Source of the DNA: the human T2T-CHM13v2.0 reference genome, Homo sapiens
Strand: one strand, 5' to 3'
Assembly (NCBI RefSeq): GCF_009914755.1
Contig: NC_060935.1
Length of the DNA stretch: 64,000 nucleotides
A model generated the notes under the pieces. The model had not been told where the DNA came from. It searched no databases and was given only the letters and a program-made list of their open reading frames with translations. Numbering within the stretch: position 1 is the stretch's first letter; the number at the start of each line of letters is the position of its first letter. Made by a program: the position numbers and the translations under genes. This document shows positions 44,888 through 61,133 of this stretch, piece by piece.

Positions 44888-45034
44888 CTTGTCCACCTTG
44901 TCCAGCCAGTCTTTGTTGGCAGCCAGCTCGGCCATGAATGCCTGGTGCTTCTGCCACTTAGTATGCAGGTTGCGGGCCTCGTCATAGGACACGTCCTGGG
45001 CTGTCAGCATCTTCTCGTCGATCCAGAGCTTCAG
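44888..45034 (-). CDS. SPTBN2: SPTBN2 exon c.3868-4014
   Basis: ccag|CTGAAG ... GACAAG|GTGAG; 147 nt. Confidence 0.95.
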
Positions 45035-45240
45035 CTGGACCAAACATAAAACAGGGACATTTCCAAGGGAGGGGAGAGGGGGGCATAAAAGCAGGGCCAC
45101 AGTGAGCCAGGAGAAGTGGGCGCCTTGGGAAGAAGCCATGAAGGGGCTCACAGTCTCCGGTACCTTGTGCTGGACTTATTCTAGGCTCAAGGTGAGAAAG
45201 GGATGGCTAGGGAATATCCCGGGGCCCCAGGGAGCCTCAC

Positions 45241-45331
45241 CTCGTGACAATCTTGCAGGAAATGCTGCTGCTCCCGGTTGTCCCGAAGACGGCCCAGAAA
45301 TTGCTGCGCTGCGTCTTGATTCTTCTTGTGC
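45241..45331 (-). CDS. SPTBN2: SPTBN2 exon c.3777-3867
   Basis: ccag|GCACAA ... CACGAG|GTGAG; 91 nt. Confidence 0.95.
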
Positions 45332-45654
45332 CTGGAACGACACCCTCTTGTGAAACTCTGGAATTTGCTGTGAAAGGATTGTGACCCTTTGGCTAACCTA
45401 GGGGCCTCCATTTCTTCTAGGGGAATAACGCCTTCCGGGAGCACAATGAGGCTACCCAGGAATCCTGACTTCCTTTTAGCCCTGGTTGGGGGTGGAATCT
45501 CCCAGCCCTCTCCAACCACTTAGTTCTTCCCCTCTACTTCTCTGTCAGCTCCTGCCCCATCTGTGGGTTTCCTGTGCCACGTTTATCTTTGAGGTCACCC
45601 TGTTTCTCCGATTCCCCCCTGGGAACCCTAATTCATGGACTGTCCTCATCAGAC

Positions 45655-45857
45655 CTCCTCTCAATGGAGTCTGCCTTTTCCCGAATCTTGTCGGCGTGGA
45701 TGTTGCCTTCAGATACCAGCTGGCGGCCAGCCTCCAGGAGCCCGTGGATCCGTTCCCCATTGGCGTCCATGGTGCTCATGAAGTCCTCCAGTTTTTTAAT
45801 GGCAGCATCAGCAGCCTGGAGTGTCCCTGGCATCTCCGTGTGAGACAGAACATATTC
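45655..45857 (-). CDS. SPTBN2: SPTBN2 exon c.3574-3776
   Basis: acag|GAATAT ... GAGGAG|GTCTG; 203 nt. Confidence 0.95.
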
Positions 45858-46774
45858 CTGTGTGGGAGGGATGACATTCAGCTCATTTTCCCCAGCACAA
45901 TTCACCCCCCTAGGAGGGACCCACCCAGGGGCAAATCTGAGAGGTAGGGACCAACAAGCAGACAGGGAGGGTAGCCCAGAGAGCTCTGAAGACAGGGAGG
46001 CTGCCAGCCAGCATGGGAGCCTCAGAAAGTCACAGGGAAGCTGGGTGGGAAGGACCTTCCATTCCCCAGCCCAAATCCTGTTCTATCTCACTTCTAGCTC
46101 CTGATTCCATTTAACAGTTACATGACAAACTGGGCTTTCTATTTCTTCTAAAGTCAGTTTTAGTAAATTATATTCACGTCTTTTTCATTCTCATTTTTCC
46201 TTCTTTTTTCTTTTTCTTTTTTTTGAGAGAGGGTTTCATTCTGTGGCCCAGGTTGGAGTGCAGTGGCATATCATAGCTCACTGCAGCCTCAAACTCCTGG
46301 CTCCAGTGATCCACCAGCCTCAGCCTCCCCAGTAGCTGGAGCTACAGGCATGCACCACCATGTCCAGTTAATTTTTTTTTTTCATAGAGATGGGGGTCTC
46401 ACTATGTTGCCCAGGCTGGTCTCAAACTCCTGAGCTCAAGTTATTCTCCTGCCTCGGCCTCCCAAAATACTGGGAGTACAAGTGTGAGCCATCCTGTCTG
46501 GCTCCCATTTTTCTTTTTAAAAAATTCTTCTATTTTCTTAAAAAAATTTTTTTGTAGAGACAAGGTCTTGCCATGTTGCCCAGGTTGGTCTGGATATTCT
46601 CAGCCTCAAGTGATCCTCCTACTTTGGCCTCCCAAAGTGCTGGAATTTCAGGTGTGAACCACTGCGCTGCCCCATTTTGCTAGCATGTCCTTCCTGCCCA
46701 TCCTGCTCCTTCACATTTCCCCGGGTCCCTACTTTGCTCTTCCTCCTGCTTGGGACTTTGCCCTGGACTTTCAC

Positions 46775-47531
46775 CTGGCTGCTGAGCACGCCCTCAGCCT
46801 GACGAGCATCCCGCAGGAATCCCTGGAAGCCGTGGGCCTGGGCCAGGCGACCTTGCCGGCTCTCCCACATTCGGCCCAGCTCCTCCCAGCCAGTTCCCAG
46901 GGCCTCCAGTCGCTGTCGTAGGAAGAGGCACTGGGGGTCAGCCTGGTCCCGGGTCACCTCCTCGCCCAGGGCTCGCAGCCGGCTATACTCGCTCTGGGCC
47001 CGCTCCACCTCTCCCCGCAGGGCTGCATGTTGGGCCAGGAGGGCCTCTGCCTCAGGCAGGGTGGCCGGCCCTTCTTCAGAGGCCACAGCAGTCTGAGTGC
47101 GGCCTAGCCAGGCCTGGAAGTCATCCAAGCTGCGCAAGAAGTCCTGCAGCCGCCGCGCCTCCCCCAGCGACTCTTCTCGACGCCGCATGGTGGCCCTGAG
47201 GTCCTCCCAGCCGGTCTGCACCTCTCTCAGCCGGGCGTTGATGGCCACTGCCTGAGCGGGATGGCCGGCAGCCAGGGCATTTGCCTCTCGAGTCAGTTCG
47301 CCCACCCGGGCGGCGATGGCCTCCAGGTCCCGCTCCGTGCCGGCCAGCTTGCGCTGCAGGGCCAGCACCCCAGCCAGATCGTTGCCTAGGCCCTGGGTGG
47401 ACTCGATGACTTTGGTCTTCTCTCTCATCCAGGCCTGGGTCTCCGTGCACTCTAAGTGGTAGTTCTGGATGCTCAGGGCTGAGGTGAGAGCTGCCTTCTT
47501 GCCGTCTGCCAGACGCCGAAACTGCTGCCAC
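46775..47531 (-). CDS. SPTBN2: SPTBN2 exon c.2817-3573
   Basis: tcag|GTGGCA ... AGCCAG|GTGAA; 757 nt. Confidence 0.96.
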
Positions 47532-47832
47532 CTGAGAGCAGGGGGAAGGTTCAGCTTCCTGCCCTGGCCAGGCCTGTTTGGAAGCTTCTTCCCTGCTTCT
47601 CTCTCTCTTGGTAGCTCCCCTTCACTCCTCCCTTTCTGGCCAGCAGCCGCTTCAGACCACCTTGACCCCCTCTCTCATCTCTTTCATCCTTTTTCCTTCC
47701 CCAACATATTCCAGACTGGTTTGCTTCCTCCTTTGTAGCCACCCTTCCAGGCCCTACAAAACCTGCCTCTCACTGCCATCCCCATTGCTTCATTTTTCTG
47801 TCAGTTTCCTGGTCCTGCCCTCCCAAACCCAC

Positions 47833-47970
47833 CTGTGGTTGAGCTGCTCCTGGGTGTTGACAATGCGGTCTTTGCCTGGGGGGTTGGCCTTCAGTAACTG
47901 CTCGGCAATGTCATTCACCGCGGTGATTTGTGCTGCAAGGGTGTTCATTTCAGGCTCCAGGGTCTCGAAC
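47833..47970 (-). CDS. SPTBN2: SPTBN2 exon c.2679-2816 (FETLEPEMN...QLNHR)
   Basis: tcag|GTTCGA ... CCACAG|GTGGG; 138 nt. Confidence 0.95.
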
Positions 47971-48427
47971 CTGAGAGGGTGGAAGAGCCAGGCGTGAATT
48001 GTGGGAGGCAGCGATGTGCCCAGTCCACCTAAGTCCACCTCTCTTAAACACCCAGGAGGGTGTCTCCTTCACCAGGAGGCTTATCTGCAGGAGTCTCTCT
48101 GCCTCTCAGCCTATGAGGTTCATAGTATCTGTGCATCAAGGAAGGAACCCACAACTCCCCCAAAACAAGCAGAATAACTGTCATCGCTAGAAATGCTCAA
48201 AAGATGGTGAAAGGTAAAGGTCAGGAACAGACACACAAGTCAAACTAGACCCTGGCATGGGGCCAACCCTTTATCAGAGCTGCTCAGCCTCCTGGGACTT
48301 CCCCCTTAGCTGCCTATCTGGGTCTCATCCCACTAATATGTGTTAGAAAATGAAGTAATAACCAAAAATATTTGTCTGAGTGATGAAAATGTGAAGGATA
48401 ACTTCTTCCAGGGACATTTTATGTTTT

Positions 48428-50521
<2,094 letters not shown>

Positions 50522-50847
50522 GCTTCCTTGTATTTCTTAAAGGGCACACCCTGAAGAAGGTAGGAGGGATGTGCTAATCTTGGGGATTTGCTTTTTAAAA
50601 GGGCAGAGAACCAAATAGAGCAAGATGTTGGCAATGACTGAATCTGGGTGACGGGTGTAGAGGGGTTTGTGGTGAAATGTCTCTACTTGTGAGTATGGTT
50701 AACATTTTTTGTTAAAACTAGAAATGGACAACCATTAAGACTCAAAGGGGTGAGGCAGGAAGTTTATGGAGGGACTCACCACCCACATCCTGGCCCCCCC
50801 ACCCCCACCTCCCAAGGCTGGTCCCACTAGGAGCCTGAGGGGCCTAC

Positions 50848-51718
50848 CTCTGCTGCACGACCTCCAGGTCCTCCAGGCGTTCAGGCAGGGCCAGCCCGTT
50901 GAGCCACTGCTCCTTCTCCTCCACCCAGAGTCCACAGGCCCCGGCCTCGCTGAGCATGGTGTAGAGCGCCAGGGCTGCCTCCAAGGCCCGCGCTCGCTCG
51001 CCTGCCCGGGCCTGCAGCTCCTCGTAGTGCCGCTCCAGGGTGGGCACCCGGCCCTGCACCTCGGGCGTGCGGCTCAGTGTGGGGGGCAGGGCTGCTGCCT
51101 GTTCCCTCAAGGCGTCCAGGGTTGGCCGGTGGCTTCGAATCTCCTCCTCCAGGGCCCGATGCTGCCTGGCTAGAGCCTGCGTGGAGAACTCGTCGTGCCC
51201 CAGCTCGGGGCTGGACACCAGGCGCAGTGCGTCAACCAACCAGGCCTCCATGTCGTTTGCATCGGCCTGGAACTGGTAGAGGCTGGCGGCTTGGGCCAGC
51301 CGCTGGGCACGCTCCTCGGCCAGGGCCTCTAGCCGCTCCCACTGGGCTTGGAGTTCAGCTGCACGGGCAGAGGCCTGGCTTGCCCCAGGGTGACCCTCGG
51401 CCACCAACTGCTGGCCCTGCTCCAGGGTGAGCTTCAGGGGCCCCAGCCGGCCGCTCATCTCGCCCCGCAGGGCTGTGTGCTTGTTGAGCAGGCGGAGGGC
51501 ACCGGTCAGGTCTCGGCCCGTGTCGGCTGAGGCCAGGAGGTGCTGCTGCTCCCGCACCCAGGCCTCAGCTTCACCCACCTCCCAGAGGAAACGCCAGAGC
51601 CGCCGTGATTCCTCCAGCCGGGCCCGCCGCGCCGCTGCCAACTCGCACAGTGCCTCATAGCTCTGCTCTAGCTTGGCCACCCGCTCCGACACCAGCTGCG
51701 GGTCGCAAGGTCTATACT
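50848..51718 (-). CDS. SPTBN2: SPTBN2 exon c.1808-2678 (largest coding exon)
   Basis: tcag|AGTATA ... CAGAG|GTAGG; 871 nt; matches ORF 50844..51731. Confidence 0.96.
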
Positions 51719-51933
51719 CTGAGAAAGTCACAGGAGAGGGTCAGAGCCTTAACCCAGCCCTCCGGCTGCTCCCTGCCACCACACTCTCTTGGACTTCCCT
51801 CCCTGGCTTTAGCTCAGTCACCATCGTTTGGCCACCATCTTTCCCGTCCCCAGGTTTCCCAACCCTTCCACCTCGGCTCTTGATGTGCTCCTTCCCAGCC
51901 CCTCCCTCTCCAGTGCCTTCGCTGACTTCTCAC

Positions 51934-52087
51934 CTTTCCCTGGGTTGCAGAAGCGCAGGGCAGAGGCGCTGACGGCCCGCACCCTCTCGGCCTGCACGGC
52001 GATGTCTGCCTCCACCAGCTCGTGCAGCTGCAGCAGGTCCTCCACTCCTGCTAGGTGCCTGCCCAGGTCCTGAGACTGCAGCCGGCC
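51934..52087 (-). CDS. SPTBN2: SPTBN2 exon c.1654-1807 (GRLQSQDLGRHL...NPGK)
   Basis: gcag|GGCCGG ... GAAAG|GTGAG; 154 nt. Confidence 0.95.
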
Positions 52088-53765
52088 CTGCCAGGCACAC
52101 ATGAAGTGCACATGCCCGCCTGAGCACAGACGCGCTAACCTGGCTGCGTTTTTCTTCCAACTTCTCCACGGCCCCAGGTGTTGCACCCAGGTGAGAAACC
52201 TGCTTGCTCACACATACTTGAGATACCCCAGTTCTGCCCTGGCACCCCGACCTCCTTATCCTGAACTCCCCTGCTGTGGAACAATGTTCTAACTAACTCC
52301 TGCTCTTGGAAGCTTTGCTGTGACTAATCTTCTCAGCCTCAGAATCATCGACACCCTCCTGCCGCCACCGCTCCGCCCCAGCACCCAGCAGCCTTCCTTC
52401 CACATCTCTCCCCAATCCACCCTCCTAGCCGCTGCCCGCCTGGAAGATGGCAGCAACCTCTAACGGTCTCGCTGTCATGCTGCCTGCCCACAGGCCTTCT
52501 TCAGAGTAGCCAAAGTGACTTTTTTACAAACATAAGGTACAATCAAATCTCTCCCCCTCTCAAAACCTTCTAATCACTTTATTTATTTATTTATTTTGAG
52601 ATGGAGTCTCGCTCCTGTAGTGCAGGCTGGAGTGCAGTAGCACAATCTCAGTTCACTGCAACCTCCACCTCCCAGGTCCAAGCAATTCTCCTTCCTCAGC
52701 CTCCTGACTAGCTGGGATTACAGGCGTGTGCCACCACACTCAGCTAATTTTTGTATTTTTAGCAGAGATGGGGTTTCACCATGTTGGCCAGGCTGGTCTT
52801 GGACTCCTGACCTCAGGTGATCCGCCCGCCTCGGCCTCCCAAAGTCTTAGGATTATAGGCGTGAGCCACCTTGCCTAGCTGCTTTTTTTTTTTTTTTTTG
52901 ACTGAGTCTTGCTCTATCACCTAGGCTGGAGTGCAGTGGTGCAATCTTGGCTCACTGCAACCTCCGCCTCCTGGGTTCAAGCGATTCTGCTGTCTCAGCC
53001 TCCTGAGTAGCTGGGACTACAGGCATGCGCTACCACCGCACCTGGTTAATTTCTGTATTTTTATAGACACGGGGTTTCACCATGTTGGCCAGGCTGGTCT
53101 TGAACTCCTGACCTCAAGTGATCTGCCTGCCTTGGCCTCCCAAAGAGCTGGGATTACAGGCATGAGCCACTGCGCCTGGCCCCTTCAAATCACTTTAAAG
53201 GATCCATGTTACTTTGAATAAAATCCAAACTCCCTGACCAGGCCTGTAAGGCCCTAGTGGGCTGGCCGTGCCCTCCCAAATCTCAGTCCATGGCCCCCAC
53301 TCCTCATGCTCACAGCCCACCGGCCTTCCTTCTGATCCTGAACACACCATGCTGATCCAGGCCGAGGGCCTGTGCCGGCTGTTCCTTCTGCCCGGAACAT
53401 TCTCTCCTGAGAGCTCTCTGTGCTGGCTCCTGGCACTATTCTGGTCTCGGCTTAAATGGTATTTTCTCAGAGGCCTTGTCTGACCAGCCCCTCACACCAC
53501 CCTGTTCCAGTTTCATCAGTGGTTTTATGGCCCCTGCTCTTTTGTTTACGGAAAGGTCCGTGGGTTTTGTCATCAGCCTCCTCCATGTGGACACGAACCC
53601 CATGTGGACAGGGCCCTGTTTACTTTGTTCCCTGCAACTGGGGACAGGGCCCTGTGCTGGTTCACACTCCACAGAGATCGGCCGAGCAGACGGGCGGACG
53701 CACCCACTGTGGGGCCCCCTCGACTCTTGATCACTCTTACCCCACCCAGCACGCCTCACTGGTAC

Positions 53766-54068
53766 CTTCATCTCTTCCATCCAGTCCATGAGGTAGAGCA
53801 GGTCCTGGAACACCTTCTGCAGCTCCAGGTTGAGGAGGAGCCGCTCCCGCCGGGCGGCCACCATCTGCCGCAAGAAGTCCCAGAGCCGTGCCACGTTGTG
53901 CTGCCGAGCGGCGATGCGCTTGATGTCGTGGTAGCGCTCGGCGGCCAGCTCTGCAGCCACGGCGTCCACTGCCTGCACCCGGCCGCTGTAGGCCACGATG
54001 TCCGTCTCAATGGCTTCGTGCTTCCGTACTGCTGCCTCGACAGCTGCCAGCTCCAGCCCAAAGTTGTC
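53766..54068 (-). CDS. SPTBN2: SPTBN2 exon c.1351-1653 (DNFGLEL...DWMEEMK)
   Basis: acag|GACAAC ... ATGAAG|GTACC; 303 nt. Confidence 0.95.
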
Positions 54069-54390
54069 CTGTGTCGGGGGCAGGGAGAGGAGGTGTGGGG
54101 ACCAAGGGACAGTGCCTCTGCCTGCTCCTCTGTCCTGCAGGGCACTTGGCCTGCAAGATCCCAGCTCCATGCGGTGGCTCTAAGTTCCCTCTCTATCCCA
54201 CCCCCATCCTGTCTCACCAACCCTCTCTCCTGTCCCACCCTCTGGCCCCTGGCTCCCGGACCTCTAGGCCTTTTTACCCAGGTGACGGATTTTGTGTTTC
54301 ATTGTCTCTCCACCCCGCGGGGCTTCTTATCCACCCTGTCTCTCTCCCAGTTCTGACCAGCCTAAGCATCCTAGGAGCCTCAAGTCCTAC

Positions 54391-54549
54391 CTGGGACACG
54401 AGGCGCTGGTTCTCGCTGAGCCAGGTCTCCCGCATGGCAGCCTTGCGGTCGAAGCGGGCGGCCAGCTGCTCCAGCTTCTCCTGGCGGATGAGCTCGGTGC
54501 GCAGGGCCAGCTCACGCTCGTGCTCCGCCTTCTCCAGCCGCTCCCAAGC
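54391..54549 (-). CDS. SPTBN2: SPTBN2 exon c.1192-1350 ([12 protein letters not shown]...LVSQ)
   Basis: catag|GCTTGG ... TCCCAG|GTAGG; 159 nt. Confidence 0.95.
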
Positions 54550-54923
54550 CTATGGGGTGGGGACAGGGTTAGTGGAAGGGACAGGGTGGGGAGGGCTCAG
54601 TGGGGCTGGAGGCACATGGTAAGTCCCATGGAAGCTCGGTCTGGTGGATCCGTGGAATGCAGTGGGTGAGACGCCTGGGCGTGGAAACAGGAAACAGGGC
54701 AGCGCTGGGAGTCTGTGAAGCCATGTAGAAGCTTCTGGAAAAGGACTGGAGGGAGCACGAACAGTGGAAACCATCTGATTCCTTTGTGTTGGCAGGACTG
54801 TGTGCGAACCTTATTTTTACTTTTAGTAATCTTACAATATTGTGAAAAAAATAAAAGAAGGGATAGTGAGTTGGGGACAGGTTTAACAAGCTGAGGAACT
54901 TGGGGCATAATTTCCTTATGTGA

Positions 54924-55731
<808 letters not shown>

Positions 55732-56239
55732 TAATTCTTTTATAACCTATTTCCCCCACTTATTTTTCATGAACACCTTTCCATGTCAATAAATGCATTT
55801 CTTTAATATTATTTTCAGTGGCTGCCCATGACTTATTTTTCTTTTCTAGTGGTTGTGTTGATAAACATCCTTGAAGCTACATCTTTGTTTAATGTCCAGA
55901 AGACAACTTCCTAGGTTAAAGGGTACACCTTAAATCATTCCCTGGAATGTATAGAAACAATTGTTTTCTGGACTAATATTAGTTTCAGAGCTGATATATA
56001 TTAACTCCAAAAGAACTCCATGACAGCATAAACACAGACGTTTTGGCAGGTACTGAACAGAATTGCCTAACAGCAATCACATACTTGGAACAGTTAATTG
56101 CTAAAATACTGAAATGATAAGAACCTCTGCAATTCTCACGTTACCAGCCACACCCATGTTGCCGGTTGTGACCTGCCTGTCAGGTCCAGTCCCCTCTATC
56201 CTATGCTAGGATTGGGTTGCCATGACACCTGATCAGTAA

Positions 56240-56640
<401 letters not shown>

Positions 56641-56830
56641 TGATTTTAAAAACGACTAATCATTAAAAAATTTTATTTTGTATCAACTATGTTGTTTGGA
56701 TGCTTCTGGTGTGGGAAATCTCCACTGCATTTATGTACTGCCAAATTTCCCTCCCTGAAGGCTGTGCTAATTTAGGCTTCCTCTCGTGGGAGCACAGCTC
56801 AGGGAAGGGTGGGGCCCCAGGGACACCTAC

Positions 56831-57018
56831 TTGGGCGGCTTCTCCACGGTGCGGTAGGAGTTGAAGGACTGCAGCTGGTTCTGGACCCCGCTAAGGGAGT
56901 TGGCCAACTGCCGGTCATTGAGGGTCACGATCGTTTGCTCGATCCACTGCAGCAGCTCCGAGGCCAGGGACTCGTATTTCTCCACCAGGCGCTCTGCCTC
57001 CATGGCATGGTCCAGCAC
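56831..57018 (-). CDS. SPTBN2: SPTBN2 exon c.886-1073, start of spectrin repeats
   Basis: cccag|GTGCTG ... CCCAA|GTAGG; 188 nt. Confidence 0.95.
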
Positions 57019-57165
57019 CTGGGAGGCAGAAGACAGGGACGTGACAGTCCCAGCCACAGGGTCCCTGGCCCAGTCCTGCAGCTCCACCCTGCCCTTGCAC
57101 TAGGGCAGTAAGACCCCTCAGCCGGGCCTCCTCTGGCCTTTATGCCTACTGCCCATGGACAGTAC

Positions 57166-57278
57166 CTTGCCAATTCTCTTGCCTTCCACGGCCAGGGCCT
57201 TCATCTTGGAGAAGTAATGGTAGTAAGTAGCCACATAGGTAATGATTGACTTCTCATCTGGCTGGTCCACATTCACGT
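57166..57278 (-). CDS. SPTBN2: SPTBN2 exon c.773-885 ([27 protein letters not shown]...RIGK)
   Basis: tgcag|ACGTG ... GGCAAG|GTACT; 113 nt. Confidence 0.95.
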
Positions 57279-58689
57279 CTGCAAGAGAGGACCATTTGGG
57301 TCAGGCCTCCCAGAAGTTCATCCATAACTTGCATCACTTACCCCAAACCCTGGGCCTGCCCAGTCCTCCAAGGCTGACATCTCTCCATCTCCTTTTAGAG
57401 CAAAATGACAACTTACCCATTCAAATGAAAAGGGCACCAAAAAGCTCATCTTTTTTTCCCCTTCTCCTGGAAACAAGAAGGGCCCTCCAAGCAGAGCACA
57501 AACCCCAGAAGCACAAGGAAGCTTTTACCCAGAGTTCCCCGTGGAGACCAAAATCAGTTGTTTGGGGAAGAAAAGCAAGAAAAGAAACAGCATTGCTATG
57601 TGGGGATGGATCATGGACTTTTAGGCTAGAATAATGTTTAAGAAGTCAATGGATTGAGGGGCAGTGGGACGGAAGGTATGAACTAAGCCTCCTGAACCTA
57701 GGATGCTCAGATCGATGGGCCCTGTGATCCCTGCAGCTCAGTGGGGACAGAGGCCAGCTCTCAGCACCATCTCCAGGTGTGATCACGCCGTTTCTAACCT
57801 CAATCCTAAAGCTCAGCTGTGGGCCCAAGGAGGGGAGTGTCTTTCAAGCCGAATTGGCTTCCAGCGCACAACTGAGGCTGACCATAACTTGAAATCTGTG
57901 GGTTCTTTTAAATAGGCCAGATTTTATCCTAAAGGTAAGACTATGAGACCAGAAGCCTCTTGCCTATTTCTGGAAATACATGGGCAGGCAGGAGCCACTG
58001 AAGTCATCTCGGAAAGTTACAGAATGCTTAGCTTTATTTCCAGGTTCTGAATTACAGCCATGCTACCCAGAGGCTCTCCAAGGAGCACTGCATGAAGCCT
58101 ATGTCTGTTGCTAGCTCGCTGACACTTGTCATTCTGCAGTAAAAAGGCCCAGGTGATAGGGCTACAGGTAGAATGGAAAACAGGGAGAAAATGGCCAAGA
58201 CCAGTGAACATCCACCCAGTGAACTTAAGGAGCACCTCCAGCAGGCGAGCCTTTCTCTCCTCCCTGTTCTGGTTGCACCAAGATTGGTCTCCACTTTCCC
58301 AGAGGCAGCGGAGGAAACAGGCTCTGGAGCCAGGCTGCCTGAACGCCAATCTCAGCTCCATCTGCCGGAGGACCTGGGCAAGTTGCTTACCCATTATAGG
58401 CCCCCATCTTCTCTTCCATAAACTGAGGATAACAACAGTACTGATTTCAAAGGGGTGTTGTGAAGATTAAAACACATCAAGTGCAGAACCAGGTATCAAA
58501 TAAGAGCCTAATCGCAGTCAGGCGCGGGGGCTCACACCTGTTATCACAGCGCATTGGGAGGCCGAGGTGGGCGGACCACGAGGTCAGGAGTTAGAGACCA
58601 GCCTGACCAACATGGTGAAACCCTGTCTCTACTAAAAATACAAAAATTAGCCGGGCGTGGTGGGATGCGCCTGTAATCTCAGCTACTCA

Positions 58690-58824
<135 letters not shown>

Positions 58825-58969
58825 TTACTGATCTCATCGATCTCATCGGCATTATGACCAGAACCACAGGAACCAATCAGCAAGGTCAGCTGACTACAGG
58901 CCAGTTCTGGGTGAGAGTGGAAGGTCATGCAGCTTAATTTTTTTTCTTAAAAATTTGTTTTAAAAAAAT

Positions 58970-59259
58970 AGAGATGGGTCTCGCTGTTGCCCAAGCTGGA
59001 GTACTGTGGCTATTGACAGGTGTGATCCCACTACTGATCAGTGTGGGAGTTTTGACCTGCTCCATTCTGACCTGGACTGGTTCAGTCCTCCTTAGGTAAC
59101 CTGCTGGTCCCCTGCTCCCAGGAGGTCACCAGTGCTGAATTTAGTGTAGATATCCAATCAGCATAACCCACTGCAGCCTAGAACTCCTGGGCTCAAGTGA
59201 TCCTCTCGCCTCAGCCTCACTAGCAGCTAGGACTATAGGCAGGTACCACCGTGGCCAGC
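58970..59259 (-). pseudogene. Full-length 7SL (SRP RNA) retropseudogene in a SPTBN2 intron
   Basis: Reverse complement contains the 7SL S domain (GGTGACCTCC...CCTAAGGAGG...GGAGCAGGTCAAAACTCCC...TGATCAGTAGTGGGATC) between Alu-domain ends; A-rich tail; TSD catg(c/t)agcttaattt at 58926-58940 and 59262-59276. Confidence 0.92.
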
Positions 59260-59880
59260 AACATGTAGCTTAATTTAGAATCCTAGAATTTCAGAAGAGC
59301 CCTTAGAGACCAATTCTCTCTTTTAAGACATGAGGAAACTGAGCCACAGAGAGGCTAGCCACTGGCTGTATGTCACAGAGCTCCTCTGTGCTCTGCCTGG
59401 GACACAACCCACAGTCCAGGGCTCTTTCTGTCACTGGGCTGCCTTTCTTCCTACCTACAGTCTTTTGTTAAAAAAAAAAAAAACCTGAGAAATGATTGTC
59501 ACACCATAAAATTCAACCTTTCAATGTATATAATTCAGTGGTTTTCAGTGTAAAGATATATATTTTTTTTGGGGGGGAGGGGTAGTCATGGGGTCTCACT
59601 ATGTTGCCCAGGCTGGTACCAAACTCCTAGGCTCAAGTGATCCTCCTGCCTTGGCCTCCCAAAGTGCTGGGTGTGAGCAACCACGTGTTTTTCAGTATAT
59701 TTACAAGGTTGTGTAACCATCACCACTTTCTAATTCCAGAACATTCTCTTCCCCCACCAAAGAAGCCCCTGTATCAGTTGGTGGTTACTCCATGTCTTCC
59801 CCCTCCGCAGCCCCTGGCAACCACTGGTCCACCTCCTGTCTCTACCCTACCACCTCTTTTTCACATAGCTCTGGCCCCAC

Positions 59881-59996
59881 CTTCGGGATCCAGCAGCTTG
59901 GTAAGTCCCAGTTCCTTTTCAGCCAGATTGAATGCATTCTGCAGATTATAGTGTGCATTACACTTCTTCAGAGACTCAAAATCCAGCAGGTCTGGC
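59881..59996 (-). CDS. SPTBN2: SPTBN2 exon c.657-772, CH2 (PDLLDFESL...LTKLLDPE)
   Basis: ccag|GCCAGAC ... CGAAG|GTGGG; 116 nt. Confidence 0.95.
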
Positions 59997-60340
59997 CTGG
60001 GTGGGGAGGCAAGACAGAAGGGATCAGAAACATGTGAGATCTTGAAGAGGAAGAGGAAACCCACACCAATCTTTATCCCTAAGTCACCGACCCAATTTTG
60101 TCCAGAAGTAGGCATCCCAAACCCACACTGCTGCTCACAGCCCCTCCCCACACCACCTCCCCTGCTTCCCATCACAAGTGCTCTGCGCAGCCCTGCACCC
60201 CCATGTTCTGGTTCTGCTCCGAGTGCTATTCCTTCCGTCTGACTGCTGTGCAGCTCATCTCATCTCTGTCTCCACATGTGCACCCCAGGTCATTAGCCGA
60301 CCCAGCAGCTCTGCTGCGTTTGCTAACCCCATCTTCTCAC

Positions 60341-60421
60341 CGGTGTTTATGCACGATGGCGTTGAAAGCTAGTCCATCTCTCCAGCTGGTGGTGAAGTTG
60401 TGTACATTGACGTTGGGATAA
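60341..60421 (-). CDS. SPTBN2: SPTBN2 exon c.576-656, CH2 ([27 protein letters not shown])
   Basis: ttatag|TTATCC ... CACCG|GTGAG; 81 nt. Confidence 0.95.
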
Positions 60422-60565
60422 CTATAAACAGAGATTCAGAAAATGGTGAGTAGGGCTGAGCTCTGTTCTATGACTCCAGGGCAGTCACCAGCTCATGGTT
60501 CCTGGAGCCCAGCACAGCCTGGGGGTCACTGACCCTCCAGTGCCACACGCCCAGGGTGTCCTCAC

Positions 60566-60657
60566 CCTGCAGTCTTCATCTGGCACCACAGAAGCAGGGC
60601 ATCCTTGGCTGACTTCTTCTCCTTGTTGTCTTCTGTCTCCACACTGATGTCTTGGAT
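60566..60657 (-). CDS. SPTBN2: SPTBN2 exon c.484-575 ([31 protein letters not shown])
   Basis: ctag|ATCCAA ... GCAGG|GTGAG; 92 nt. Confidence 0.95.
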
Positions 60658-60929
60658 CTAGGAAGGAAGCAAGCAGGGCCCTCAGTCCCTGGACAGGAAC
60701 TCCTGGTGTTATCAGAGATGCTCAGATAAATGGCAGGAAACTGCTCTTTAGACTGTGGTAATGGGGTGGACAGGCATAGCCTGAGGTCCTTTCAACCTAG
60801 GCCAGGGACCACAAAACACTGGGTGCAAGGGATTTGAGGCAGCAGATTAGGGTAGGATGCTGAAGAATGGGTGTGTCTGAGTGGAGGGTGCTGGTCCCTC
60901 CAGGTGGGGAACTGCAGGCAGAAGAGTGA

Positions 60930-61133
<204 letters not shown>

